From positions 1 to 58,998 of the forward strand of contig CAYUNS010000001.1 of assembly GCA_964446155.1 (NCBI GenBank): DNA of 58,998 bases, read 5' to 3'. The notes below the pieces were generated by a model that made no database searches, was not told the DNA's origin, and worked only from the letters and a program-made list of their open reading frames with translations. Shown here piece by piece: positions 1-8,773 of this stretch; position 1 is the first letter of the stretch, and each line of letters begins with the position of its first letter. Position numbers and translations under genes: made by a program. This stretch comes from an uncultured Tepidisphaeraceae bacterium. GTDB taxonomy: Bacteria > Planctomycetota > Phycisphaerae > Tepidisphaerales > Tepidisphaeraceae.

Positions 1-1
1 G

Positions 2-244
2 CGGCAATGGCAGCGGCTTGGCGTGTGGGATCGGGCGTATCACTCCGAGCCGCATCGCAGGACGCCGTCGGTGCGAGCCATCGCCACGGAGATTGCCCGA
101 CGCAACATGCCGCACGGCAGCGGCTTGGGTGTGTACCGCTGGTTCGTCGAACAGACGCTGGCTTTGATGCACCAGTTCAAGCGGCTGCGGACGATGCTGG
201 GGCATGGAATGGAGCCGGACGGAATCAGAAAACAAGCCACTTAA
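2..244 (+). mobile_element. 3' remnant of an IS5/IS4-superfamily DDE transposase gene (5' part outside the window; possibly decayed)
   Basis: The frame is open from the window start to TAA 242-244. The translation ...DRAYHSEPHRRTPSVRAIATEIARRNMPHGSGLGVYRWFVEQTLALMHQFKRLR reproduces the conserved C-terminal block of IS5-family transposases (D[KR]GY ... IARR..HGSGLG..RWVVERTFAWL..F[KR]RLR). The tail after RLR is atypical. The track shows only the GTG-initiated part 23..244. Confidence 0.5.
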
Positions 245-330
245 GATTGTCGCGGCCATCCACGGCTTTGGGAAATAGTTCCATCGCAACCGCAGGGAGC
301 CGATGCACCGCTCATCCGGGCGAGCCGATG

Positions 331-1098
331 TCAGCTCATGCCCATCTTCTTCAGATTTTTATAGCTGATGGCGAGGGATTCAAACGGGTCGCGGCCGTTG
401 CAGTCGTCCTGTTCGACGATGTACCACTCGACGCCGGCGGCTTTGCAGGCTTGAAGGATGCCGTCCCAGTTGAGATTCCCCTCGCCGACCTCGGCCATGT
501 ACTGCGTGCGGTCGTTGCGGATGCCCATGTCCTTGAGGTGGATGCAGGGGATGCGTCCTTTCACCTTGTCGATCCACTGGACCGGATCCCCGCCGCCGTG
601 CGCGACCCAGTAGGTGTCGATCTCGAACCAGATGGATTTGTCGAGCTTTTCGACCAGCATGCCCAGCGGCGTCTGATCGTCATACTTCACGAACTCGTGG
701 CTGTGGTTGTGATAGCCGATGGCGATGCCCGAGCCTTGAAACTTCTTCGCGACGGCGTTGTAGCGATCGGCGAAGCTCAGCCAGTCCTCCCAGGTCGGAT
801 CCTTCGGGAAAAACCCGCCGATCGCGGTGTACTTGCAGTTCCACAACTTGTGCTCTTCGACGACGGCGCCCGTCTCCGATTCCATTCGATCGATCGGAAT
901 GTGCGTGACGACGTTCTGGAGTCCGATGTTCTTCAGCAGCGCCGCCAGTTCCTTCGGATCGATCTTGCCGATGCCCGACACCTGCACGGCGTCGTAGCCG
1001 ATCTCCTTCACTTTTTGCAACGACCGGGCGATGTCCTCGGGCGTTTTGCAGAAATCCCGAAGCGTGTAGAGCTGAACGGCAAGTTGTGAGGCGGGCAT
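331..1098 (-). CDS. sugar phosphate isomerase/epimerase (xylose isomerase-like TIM barrel family)
   Basis: ORF 331..1179(-). Motifs GYHNHSHEF, CIHLKD and WYIVEQD are typical of this metal-dependent TIM-barrel family. I place the start at ATG 1098 (MPASQLAVQLYTL...); the track start at 1179 is a TTG with an implausible leader. Confidence 0.8.
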   Translation of the reverse strand: MPASQLAVQLYTLRDFCKTPEDIARSLQKVKEIGYDAVQVSGIGKIDPKELAALLKNIGLQNVVTHIPIDRMESETGAVVEEHKLWNCKYTAIGGFFPKDPTWEDWLSFADRYNAVAKKFQGSGIAIGYHNHSHEFVKYDDQTPLGMLVEKLDKSIWFEIDTYWVAHGGGDPVQWIDKVKGRIPCIHLKDMGIRNDRTQYMAEVGEGNLNWDGILQACKAAGVEWYIVEQDDCNGRDPFESLAISYKNLKKMGMS

Positions 1099-1238
1099 GG
1101 ATGGGTTCCTTGGAAAGTCGGCATGGATGAAGACCGATGCATTGGACCGCCACGTTATGAAATCAGGCGGAAAATGCAAGATGGCGACTGCCGGCAGTCG
1201 CGATCCTGGTCAATCCGGGGTTCGGGGTTTGCCCGCTT

Positions 1239-2435
1239 TCACTTGGCGGGGTGTTCCTTCAGGTCGTTTTGTGCGTTCTGCAGCGCCAGAATGGCATAGG
1301 AGGTCACCAGCACGGGATTGGTTTCCATCCATCGTTCGACGCCGACCCAGCTACCGTCCTCGTGTTGCCTGCTGACGATGGCGTCGATCAGTTCGACCCG
1401 CCAATCATGTTCGTTGCCCTGGGAATCCGTGAGGATTGGCTGGTTGTAGACGTCGAGCGCCCGCCCGAGGGTCATGTAGTAATAATAGAGGCCGTTCTCG
1501 GCCTTGGCGGGATCGCCGAGGCGCATGCCGGGGTTTTCATCCAGGGTCCAGTTCCGGGTGATCCAGTCCCACGCGCCTTTGACTCGCGGGTCATCCCTGG
1601 TGAGACCCGCGTAGATCATCGACTTGAGACCGGCGTAGGTCATCGATCCATAGCTGTGAAGGCGGCGCATGGTTTCCCCACCTCCACCGGGGGCGTTGTA
1701 TTCACCGGCCGCCGATTCACCGTTCCGCGCGGGCGTGTAGATGAATCCACCGTCGTTGGAAGCCCACGGCTGATCGTTGGTCTCGGAGAGATTCTGCGAT
1801 CGCGTGATGAACTTGAGGGCGTTCTGAAACGCGGGGTCTTCCGGTGGAAGGCCCGAGGCGTGGAGCGCATCGAGCGCGAGTTGGGCATTGCTCATGTCCG
1901 GTCGCCCATGCCGGCCATAGCCCCAGCCGCCTTCCCATGCCGCGTTTTCCTCGATGACGCGCTCGCCCTTGGGTCCGATCGAGGCGTCCGTCCATTGAAG
2001 TTGCCTGAGATAATTCACCGCCGCATCGATCCGGGGCCGGTATTCCGGGTTTTCGGCGGCCGACAATGCCGCAACCGCGATGGCGGTGTTGTAATTCGCC
2101 AGCAAATCCTTGTAGATGCCGCCGTCCTCCATCTGGAATGACAGCAGCTTCTCATATCCCTTTTTCACGAAATCGGTGTTGGCGTCGTACTTCTCATCCT
2201 GAACGATCGCCATGAGCACGATGGCCGAGATGGCCGGAGGCTGCTGCTCGTTCGCCTGCCATCCACCATCGGGATTCTGCATGGTTTTCAGATAGGCGAT
2301 GCCGCGATCGATCGCGGCCTGGGCGGTTTCGGCGGGAGTCCGTCCTTCGTCTTTCGCCTGCTGCGCCATCGCGGGCGCCACGGAGACCAACAGCATCAGC
2401 GCGGCGGGAATAATACGGTGAGACCAGAGACGCAT
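1239..2435 (-). CDS. secreted prenyltransferase/squalene-oxidase repeat (alpha/alpha-toroid) protein
   Basis: Signal peptide MRLWSHRIIPAALMLLVSVAPAMA. Repeated QW-like motifs (NPDGGWQ, MEDGGIY, AWEGGWGY, SNDGGFIY, HEDGSWVG). Confidence 0.7.
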   Translation of the reverse strand: MRLWSHRIIPAALMLLVSVAPAMAQQAKDEGRTPAETAQAAIDRGIAYLKTMQNPDGGWQANEQQPPAISAIVLMAIVQDEKYDANTDFVKKGYEKLLSFQMEDGGIYKDLLANYNTAIAVAALSAAENPEYRPRIDAAVNYLRQLQWTDASIGPKGERVIEENAAWEGGWGYGRHGRPDMSNAQLALDALHASGLPPEDPAFQNALKFITRSQNLSETNDQPWASNDGGFIYTPARNGESAAGEYNAPGGGGETMRRLHSYGSMTYAGLKSMIYAGLTRDDPRVKGAWDWITRNWTLDENPGMRLGDPAKAENGLYYYYMTLGRALDVYNQPILTDSQGNEHDWRVELIDAIVSRQHEDGSWVGVERWMETNPVLVTSYAILALQNAQNDLKEHPAK

Positions 2436-2578
2436 GATTCACTCCTTCGGGAAGACCGGTTCCAGCGACCCTTATTATAGTAGGCCGATCGTGGAGAAAC
2501 GCCCCTGTGCATAATTTGCACGATCCTGAGAGGCTCCGCATGGATCGTTTCATCCCGTTTGCGTGCGGTTTTCGGGTT

Positions 2579-3259
2579 TCATTCGTCGGACTTCCGATGT
2601 TTTCGGAGTTTTTCCTCGAGCAATTCCAACTCCTTCTGTTGCGTCGCGAGGCGGGCGCGGCGTTCGACGAGTTCCTTCGCGAGGCGGATTTCCGGCGGCT
2701 CCTGATGAAGATGGGAATAGGGGATCGCGTAATCCGCGGGCAGGATGCCCAGGTCCGCCGGCGGGGGATGCCGGCTCATGTCGCGCATGGCGCCGATCGA
2801 CAGTATCAGCAGTCCGGCGAAGGACAGGGACATCCCGATCGCGATCGCCCGAAGCACGATCGAATCCATCCGGTCGATCGTGAAAACCGTCTGCACCACC
2901 CAGAACATCGTCGCGAGGCAGGTGAGCAGGGCGGCGGCGAGAGGGGCGCGGCGGTGCTGGGCCTGAAGTCCCAGTCCGATGCCGGCCAGCGCGATCCCAA
3001 AAAAAACGCCGCAGGTGACGCTTAACGTGATGGCCCGCTGCGCCGAGTACATCGCTTCGGCCGATGCGTCCGGCGATTGCCCCCAGCCGGTGACGCGCAG
3101 TTCCTCGCGTGTGGCCCATTCGCGAGAGAGCAGCCCGCTGCCGCAGCAGATGAGCATCATTCCGAGAAACAGGAACACGCCGAAAAACTGAAAGACCGTT
3201 CCCACGCCCTGCGCAAACGCGCGGGGCGGCGCGGGCGGCGATGAATGCGTCTTCTCCAT
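2579..3259 (-). CDS. hypothetical polytopic membrane protein with charged coiled-coil C-terminus
   Basis: Several hydrophobic helices (VFQFFGVFLFLGMMLICCG, VFFGIALAGIGLGL, LAAALLTCLATMFWVV, AIAIGMSLSFAGLLILSIG) are followed by LAKELVERRARLATQQKELELLEEKLRKHRK. No family recognised. The competing ORF 2550..3263(-) is Arg/Pro-rich. Confidence 0.55.
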   Translation of the reverse strand: MEKTHSSPPAPPRAFAQGVGTVFQFFGVFLFLGMMLICCGSGLLSREWATREELRVTGWGQSPDASAEAMYSAQRAITLSVTCGVFFGIALAGIGLGLQAQHRRAPLAAALLTCLATMFWVVQTVFTIDRMDSIVLRAIAIGMSLSFAGLLILSIGAMRDMSRHPPPADLGILPADYAIPYSHLHQEPPEIRLAKELVERRARLATQQKELELLEEKLRKHRKSDE

Positions 3260-3658
3260 TCACCGCTCAGTCTAAACCCGGCCGATGCGAAGTCCATCGG
3301 AGATGCCGTTGCAGAGGATTTCCCGAGACCGTCCATCGCCTCAAGGCGCAGGGGGGAAAGGTCGCGGACGGTGAGACATCGCCTTGTTCCTGAACGTTCC
3401 CGCATGGCGGGATCCGCGCATTGGCAGGCTCAAATCATCAAGGAATTGTTCCGTTTTCCACCTGCGCCCGGCGTTTGACGGGATTTCGGCATCCTTTGCC
3501 GTAGAAACGTAAGTCCAAGGGGGCCGGTGCGGGTTATGTTATCGATGTTGCCTGTACCACCGGGTTGCAGGAGATGCACTTCAACGTATGTCGGTTTATG
3601 TCGGCGAGCCATGGGGGGGTTGAAACTTGCCGGAGACACATATCACGAGGAGAAGGCT

Positions 3659-5569
3659 ATGCGAACGTGGACATGGGAGATCGATCGTGGCGGCGAGAAG
3701 GCGACCGGGAACCGGGGCTGGTCGGCATTGGCGATGGCGACAATGGGCATTGTGGCGCTGTCGCTGACGGGCGCGTCGACGGAAGCGGCGGTATGGAACA
3801 ACTCCGGAACGGATTTCAACGATGGCGAAAGCTGGGTGGATGGGCTTCTTCCCACGGGAGGCGTCGCCCAGTTCGACAGCGCGCCGATAACGCAGCCGGG
3901 CCTGAGCGCCGACATCTCGGTCGGCCAACTCAATTTCGCCACCGGCGTGAGCGGTTATACGTTGGGAGGCGCCGGAAAGCTCACGATGACATCCGCCACG
4001 GCGATCCTCGCCCAGAACAACAGCGGCACGAACACGATTACGGCGCCCGTGGAACTGGGTCGCGCGGCGGGGAACACTTTTTCGCAGACCGGCGGGGGCA
4101 CGCTGGCGATCTCGGGCAATATCACGGAGGCGAATGCGGGGACGGTGCTCAATTTGGCGGGCGGCAGTTCCATCTACCACCTCTCCGGCGACAACAGCTA
4201 CACGGGCGGGACGAACATCGGCAGTTCAAACATTCGCATCAATATCCTCGGCGCGACGGCGCTGGGAAGCGCTCGGATCAGTGTCGGCGCGAACAATCCG
4301 ACCTTCGACAACACCAGTGGCGGCGCGTTGACGATCACCAATGACCTCCAGTGGACCGCGGCTGTTCCGGCCATGACTTTCGCCGGCGCCAGCCCGCTGA
4401 CTCTTTCGGGCAATGTCGCATTGGACCAAAGCACCGGCGCGACGACGACAATCACCGTGTCCGGCTCCAGCGTTCTGACCTTGAGCGGACAGATCATCGA
4501 CAATGGCGGGGGAAAGAATCTGACCACGGCCAGCACAAGCAGCCCGGGGACGCTGGTGCTCGCGGGGAACAATACATACGGCGGCACGACGCTGGTGGGC
4601 GCGATCGGAACGTTGCGGATCGCGCATGACAATGCGCTGGGTTCCACCGCGAACGGTACGACGCTGGATGGCATCCTCGAGATGACCGGCGGGATCACCG
4701 TGACGGGCGAGGCGCTGCAAACCAAGGGCACGCTCAAGAACATTTCCGGTGACAATGAATGGGCCGGCGCGATCACGATTTATGGCGGTGCGTGCGTCTT
4801 TCAATCGGATACGGGCACACTCACGATCAGCGGTGATGTGAACGGCGACACAAGCGGCCGGCCGGTGACGCTGGCGGGCGAGGGGACCGTGATCCTGAGC
4901 GGCTCGATCGGTTCAAACGTGACTCCGGTTGCCAAGCATGGAGGGGGCCTCGCCATCCTGTCGGGAAGCAATCAGTACATTGGAGCCACCAACGTGTCGG
5001 CGGGCACGCTGCTGGTCAACGGAACGCATACGGGCGGCGACGATTACAACGTGGGCGCCGGCGGAACGCTCGGCGGGACGGGCATGATCGCGCTCCAGTC
5101 GGGCAAGACCATCAGCGTCACGGGCACGCTGGCGCCCGGCGGCGAGAGCCTTGGATCGCTTACGGTTGACGGCAATGTCGTCATCAACAGCACGGGCAGG
5201 ATGCTGGTGCGGGTGAACGCCGTCTCCAGCGACCTGCTCGCGGTGAGCGGCGATCTGACGCTGGCCGACGGTGGGGAGGAGACGGACCTCTCCCGCCTGG
5301 ACATCAGTGGAACCCTCGGGGGCATCGCGGAATATACTCTGGCGACCTATGGCGGCACGCTCAGCGGGACGTTCGACGAGGTTTATTTCAATGACGCGCT
5401 GGTTCTGAATCCGGAAGTCGGCGGGATCGGCGACTACAAACTGGTTTACGGCGCGGCGAGCGGGGGCGATGTCCGGCTGGTTCTCGTTCCCGAGCCGGCG
5501 TCGGTCACGGCGCTGCTGCTGGCGGGAGGCGCGGGGCTGCTGGCGCGTCATCGATCCCGTCGTTGTTAA
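3659..5569 (+). CDS. autotransporter-associated beta-strand repeat protein with PEP-CTERM sorting signal (surface adhesin-like)
   Basis: ORF 3527..5569. I moved the start to ATG 3659 (GAGGAG 6 nt upstream, hydrophobic signal-like segment WSALAMATMGIVALSLTGAST). Repeats LSGDNSYTGGTNIG, LAGNNTYGGTTLVG and LSGSNQYIGATNVSAGTLLVNG. The C-terminus VPEPASVTALLLAGGAGLLARHRSRR is a PEP-CTERM signal. Confidence 0.8.
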   Translation: MRTWTWEIDRGGEKATGNRGWSALAMATMGIVALSLTGASTEAAVWNNSGTDFNDGESWVDGLLPTGGVAQFDSAPITQPGLSADISVGQLNFATGVSGYTLGGAGKLTMTSATAILAQNNSGTNTITAPVELGRAAGNTFSQTGGGTLAISGNITEANAGTVLNLAGGSSIYHLSGDNSYTGGTNIGSSNIRINILGATALGSARISVGANNPTFDNTSGGALTITNDLQWTAAVPAMTFAGASPLTLSGNVALDQSTGATTTITVSGSSVLTLSGQIIDNGGGKNLTTASTSSPGTLVLAGNNTYGGTTLVGAIGTLRIAHDNALGSTANGTTLDGILEMTGGITVTGEALQTKGTLKNISGDNEWAGAITIYGGACVFQSDTGTLTISGDVNGDTSGRPVTLAGEGTVILSGSIGSNVTPVAKHGGGLAILSGSNQYIGATNVSAGTLLVNGTHTGGDDYNVGAGGTLGGTGMIALQSGKTISVTGTLAPGGESLGSLTVDGNVVINSTGRMLVRVNAVSSDLLAVSGDLTLADGGEETDLSRLDISGTLGGIAEYTLATYGGTLSGTFDEVYFNDALVLNPEVGGIGDYKLVYGAASGGDVRLVLVPEPASVTALLLAGGAGLLARHRSRRC

Positions 5570-5616
5570 GGGGAAGTGCATGGGGCGAAGTTGTCGTTGC
5601 CTAAAGAGGTGCCATC

Positions 5617-6462
5617 ATGTTCTTTCAAGATATTCCGACGAAGCGGACTCGGCGGGGATTTACACTGGTCGAGCTTCTTGTCGTCATTGGCATTATCGCT
5701 TTGCTTATCGCGATTCTGATGCCGGCGTTGAAGAAGGCGCAAAAAGCCGCGCAGTCCGTGGTATGTCAGAGCAATCTCCGGCAATGCGGGCTGGCTATGC
5801 GGATGTACTCCGACGATTGGCGCGGCGTGGTGGTTTCAGAGTATGTCGATACGGGAGGAGGCGTCTATCTCTGGCCACCGTTTGCGACGGGATATGGTCT
5901 CACCAGCACGCAGCAGAGCACGGCGTTTCTCGATGTGGGCAGCGGTGTCTTTGCGTGTCCGAGCAGTTGGGCGTATGTCGACGATCTCAACAAGAAGCTC
6001 TATGGCATCGGCGGCAGTGAGATATCCCGCAACTACGGCTATGGGATGTATGTCGCGCGTTCGGAAGCGGCGACGCTGGGCTTCGGCTGGGTGCAGAATC
6101 TGGGGCCTGCGGACCTGGATGTGAATTCCCAGGATGCATACAAGCCATCGATGCAACTCCATCACATCAATAAAGTCAAAAACGCCGCGGAAGTTGTCTG
6201 GATGGCGGACACGACGAGCAATCGATCGAGCTTTCTCAACTCCGGGGGATATGGGCGATCGATCGCGCAATTCACCGCGCAGGACATTTATCCCGGCTCG
6301 GCGTTGCATGGCGCGGCGATTCACTTGCTCCACGACAATGCGGCGAATGCGCTCTTTTATGATGGTCATGTGGAACGGATGACCAGGGAGCAACTCAGAT
6401 GGACGCGAGCGCACATCACACGTTTTTATACGTCGGATATCCAACCCATCCATGTGCCTTGA
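5617..6462 (+). CDS. DUF1559 family protein with prepilin-type N-terminal cleavage/methylation helix (H-X9-DG type)
   Basis: N-terminus [27 protein letters not shown]. The C-terminal HDNAANALFYDGH fits H-X9-DG. Confidence 0.85.
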   Translation: MFFQDIPTKRTRRGFTLVELLVVIGIIALLIAILMPALKKAQKAAQSVVCQSNLRQCGLAMRMYSDDWRGVVVSEYVDTGGGVYLWPPFATGYGLTSTQQSTAFLDVGSGVFACPSSWAYVDDLNKKLYGIGGSEISRNYGYGMYVARSEAATLGFGWVQNLGPADLDVNSQDAYKPSMQLHHINKVKNAAEVVWMADTTSNRSSFLNSGGYGRSIAQFTAQDIYPGSALHGAAIHLLHDNAANALFYDGHVERMTREQLRWTRAHITRFYTSDIQPIHVP

Positions 6463-6490
6463 CAGAGTCAGGGGCGCGGCTTTTCACGGG

Positions 6491-7309
6491 ATGAGATTCA
6501 TGATGATTCCACGGATCGGGAAGATGGTAGTGGTCGCGTTGCTGTTCACGGTCGCAACGGCGCTGGCGCAGGATGCGGAGCACGCGCGGCGGCAGGCGGA
6601 CATCTGGCGAAGCGCCGCTGCGGACAACGCCGGTCGATTCGAGCGGTTCGGCGAGTTTACGCGCGGTGACATCGAGCAGGCGACGAAGGATTTCGAGCAG
6701 GCGGCGCAGGCGTGGGAGAACGTGGCGGCGGCGATCGAGACAGGCGAGGAGGAAGTGATGACGGCAGCCCGGGAGCGCGCCGAGGCGATGCTTCCGGTCC
6801 GCCAGATGTGGCAGGATCGCTTTGACGCGCGGATGCGACAGGCCGGTCAGGCGCCAACCGAAGAATGGATCGCCAAACGCTGGGTTTCCGAAGCGGCCAG
6901 GCCGCAATTCGAGGCGTGGGTGGAAGCGCGCAAGGCGGCGGCGGAAGCCTGGGATGCGCTCGCGGAAGCCATCACGCCCAACGCCTCGCCGGAAATGGTC
7001 GCGGATCTTCGCGAACACGCGCAGATCGCGGATGGAGAAGCGGGAATCGCCGAATCCCAGTTTGTCTGGGCGCGGAGCCTGACATCGCAGTTGAGGGATC
7101 CGTCCGTGTCGTCCGAGCAATTGACCCTTGGTCTCCAGCATCTTCGCGAAATGGAAGAGGCCGTGGTTCGGGAGCGTCGGGCACTGCTGGAGCAGCGGCG
7201 GAAAGTGCTCGAATTGGAAGCCCGACGAAAGCAGGCGGAGCAACAGGTTCACGAAGCTTACGGGCAGGCGAAGGAGAGCCAGGTGGCGACCGTGCCTGCG
7301 GGTCAATGA
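6491..7309 (+). CDS. secreted Ala/Glu/Arg/Gln-rich helical (coiled-coil-like) hypothetical protein
   Basis: ORF 6452..7309. ATG 6491 gives the signal peptide MRFMMIPRIGKMVVVALLFTVATALA|QD. The rest is low-complexity helical sequence. No family recognised. Confidence 0.6.
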   Translation: MRFMMIPRIGKMVVVALLFTVATALAQDAEHARRQADIWRSAAADNAGRFERFGEFTRGDIEQATKDFEQAAQAWENVAAAIETGEEEVMTAARERAEAMLPVRQMWQDRFDARMRQAGQAPTEEWIAKRWVSEAARPQFEAWVEARKAAAEAWDALAEAITPNASPEMVADLREHAQIADGEAGIAESQFVWARSLTSQLRDPSVSSEQLTLGLQHLREMEEAVVRERRALLEQRRKVLELEARRKQAEQQVHEAYGQAKESQVATVPAGQ

Positions 7310-7377
7310 CCCGGGCGTCGATCATGCCGCCTCCGCGCTGCGAGGGGATCGAGTTCCGCGAATACGAGGAGTTGAAG

Positions 7378-8691
7378 ATGATTTTTGGGCGCTCACGTCT
7401 GCCGGTCCTGATTTTCCCGCTGCTGGCGATGCCGTTGCAGGCCGGGACGGTGGAAACGACGAAAGGGCAGGCATACGAAGGGGAAATCCATTTCGAGGCG
7501 CCTGAAACGGTCGTGGTGCATCCGGCGCGAGGCGAAGCGGTGCATGTTCCGTTGGCGGAAGTGACGCGATTGTCCCGCACGTCGCGCACGAAGCATTCAC
7601 CGGAATCGCCACTTTCGCCCTGGTTGTCGGAGGATGTTGGCCGAGTAAAATTGCCCGGCAAGGCGGCATTCGACGCGGGGCATCTCCGAATGTCGGGAGC
7701 CGGGTGGGGACTTGAAGGAACCAGGGACTCCTTTCATTTCATCCATCAGCCGTTGAAGGGCGATGGACAGATTGTGGCTCGACTGGATACGCCGCTCGGC
7801 GACTTCGGCGCGCGAGGGGCTTTGATCGTTCGCGAAAGCCTGTCCGCCGATGCACGGTCCATTTCACTGGCGTTGAGACCTCACAGCGACGCGCGCCTGG
7901 GTAGCCGCCCCTGGCTCCAGGGGGAAGATTCGGCCTGGCTGGCCGAGCCGCCACGCTGGGTCCGGCTGATCCGCGAGGAGGATCATTTCTCGGCGTTGTC
8001 GTCGATGGACGGCAAGACGTGGCGACTGTTGGGCGAGCGCGACATCGATCTCCCCGACGAAGCGTTGTGGGGAGTGGGGGCGTGGACGACCTCCAACATG
8101 TCGCTCGGCGAGATGATGTTCAGCCATGTCCAGGTCATCGACGGGCCTGCATATACAACGTTTGTGCCTGATTCGCCTTTCCCATCCCGCGGCGTGGTGC
8201 TGGTCGACGGCACGCAGGTGGCCGGCGATGAATTGCGCGTGACGGAAGGACGAGCGCGATTCATGCATGCCGGAACGGAGCAAGAGGTTTCACTGGACCA
8301 GGTGGCGATGCTCATCTTCAATCCGGTTGAAGCGGATGTTTTGGCGCTGGCCGAGTCCAGGTCGGGCGCGCTGCTGGTCGATGGAGACGTGTTTGAGGGA
8401 GAACTGGTCGGTCTGGAAGACGGCAAGGCGAATATGAACTCGGTCATTTTCGGTTCCGCGACGTTCGAGGTGGAAAGGGAGTTGGCCGCGGTGCTGTTTC
8501 GGGCGGTGCGTCCGCGGGATGCGACGTATATCATCGCGACAGCGGATGGAACAGCCTGGCGAGGAGAGAAAGTGACGTTCGGCGACAATGTCGTGATCGT
8601 GGAAGGAACCGCCTGGGGAACGCGGACATTGCCGGCGGGGGAAGTCACCGGGATTCAACGAGGGGGAAATGAAACCGACAACGATGGCTGA
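7378..8691 (+). CDS. secreted hypothetical protein: ConA/LamG-like (DUF1349-like) core flanked by about 45-aa repeated beta modules
   Basis: ORF 6865..8691. The first 171 codons overlap the previous gene and look non-coding. ATG 7378 (GAGGAG upstream) gives the signal peptide MIFGRSRLPVLIFPLLAMPLQA. Core: FHFIHQPLKGDGQIVARLD...GALIVRESL...DGKTWRLLG. Confidence 0.6.
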   Translation: MIFGRSRLPVLIFPLLAMPLQAGTVETTKGQAYEGEIHFEAPETVVVHPARGEAVHVPLAEVTRLSRTSRTKHSPESPLSPWLSEDVGRVKLPGKAAFDAGHLRMSGAGWGLEGTRDSFHFIHQPLKGDGQIVARLDTPLGDFGARGALIVRESLSADARSISLALRPHSDARLGSRPWLQGEDSAWLAEPPRWVRLIREEDHFSALSSMDGKTWRLLGERDIDLPDEALWGVGAWTTSNMSLGEMMFSHVQVIDGPAYTTFVPDSPFPSRGVVLVDGTQVAGDELRVTEGRARFMHAGTEQEVSLDQVAMLIFNPVEADVLALAESRSGALLVDGDVFEGELVGLEDGKANMNSVIFGSATFEVERELAAVLFRAVRPRDATYIIATADGTAWRGEKVTFGDNVVIVEGTAWGTRTLPAGEVTGIQRGGNETDNDG

Positions 8692-8712
8692 TCGCCCGTT
8701 GTCGGTTTCGTT
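8671..8712. terminator. 13-bp perfect hairpin between convergent genes (candidate bidirectional terminator)
   Basis: GAAACCGACAACG (8671-8683), a 13-nt loop containing the TGA stop at 8689-8691, then CGTTGTCGGTTTC (8697-8709), followed by GTTCTTCATT. It lies between the 7378..8691(+) and 8774..10444(-) gene ends. Confidence 0.5.
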
Positions 8713-8773
8713 CTTCATTCCAGTCGCATCAGGGTTCCGGATTTTCGCGGAAACCTCACATCATGAAATGATC

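Noticed and set aside
7-1089. 360-aa plus-strand ORF
   Set aside because: Antisense shadow of the TIM-barrel isomerase gene (331..1098, minus). The translation is Ala/Gly/Arg/Val-rich with no motifs, while the opposite strand has clear family motifs.
1251-2141. 296-aa plus-strand ORF
   Set aside because: Antisense shadow of the prenyltransferase-repeat gene. No motifs, and typical high-GC shadow composition.
2550-3263. 237-aa minus-strand ORF overlapping 2579..3259 in another frame
   Set aside because: Arg/Pro/Gly-rich with no hydrophobic core. The alternative frame gives coherent TM helices.
3527-3658. N-terminal 44-codon extension of the PEP-CTERM gene ORF
   Set aside because: The composition is not signal-peptide-like. 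ATG 3659 has a GAGGAG Shine-Dalgarno-like sequence and precedes the hydrophobic segment. I kept it only as the context of the G7-tract observation.
6865-7377. 171-codon N-terminal extension of ORF 6865..8691
   Set aside because: It overlaps the 6491..7309 gene in another frame and is Gly/Arg-rich. A signal peptide begins at ATG 7378.
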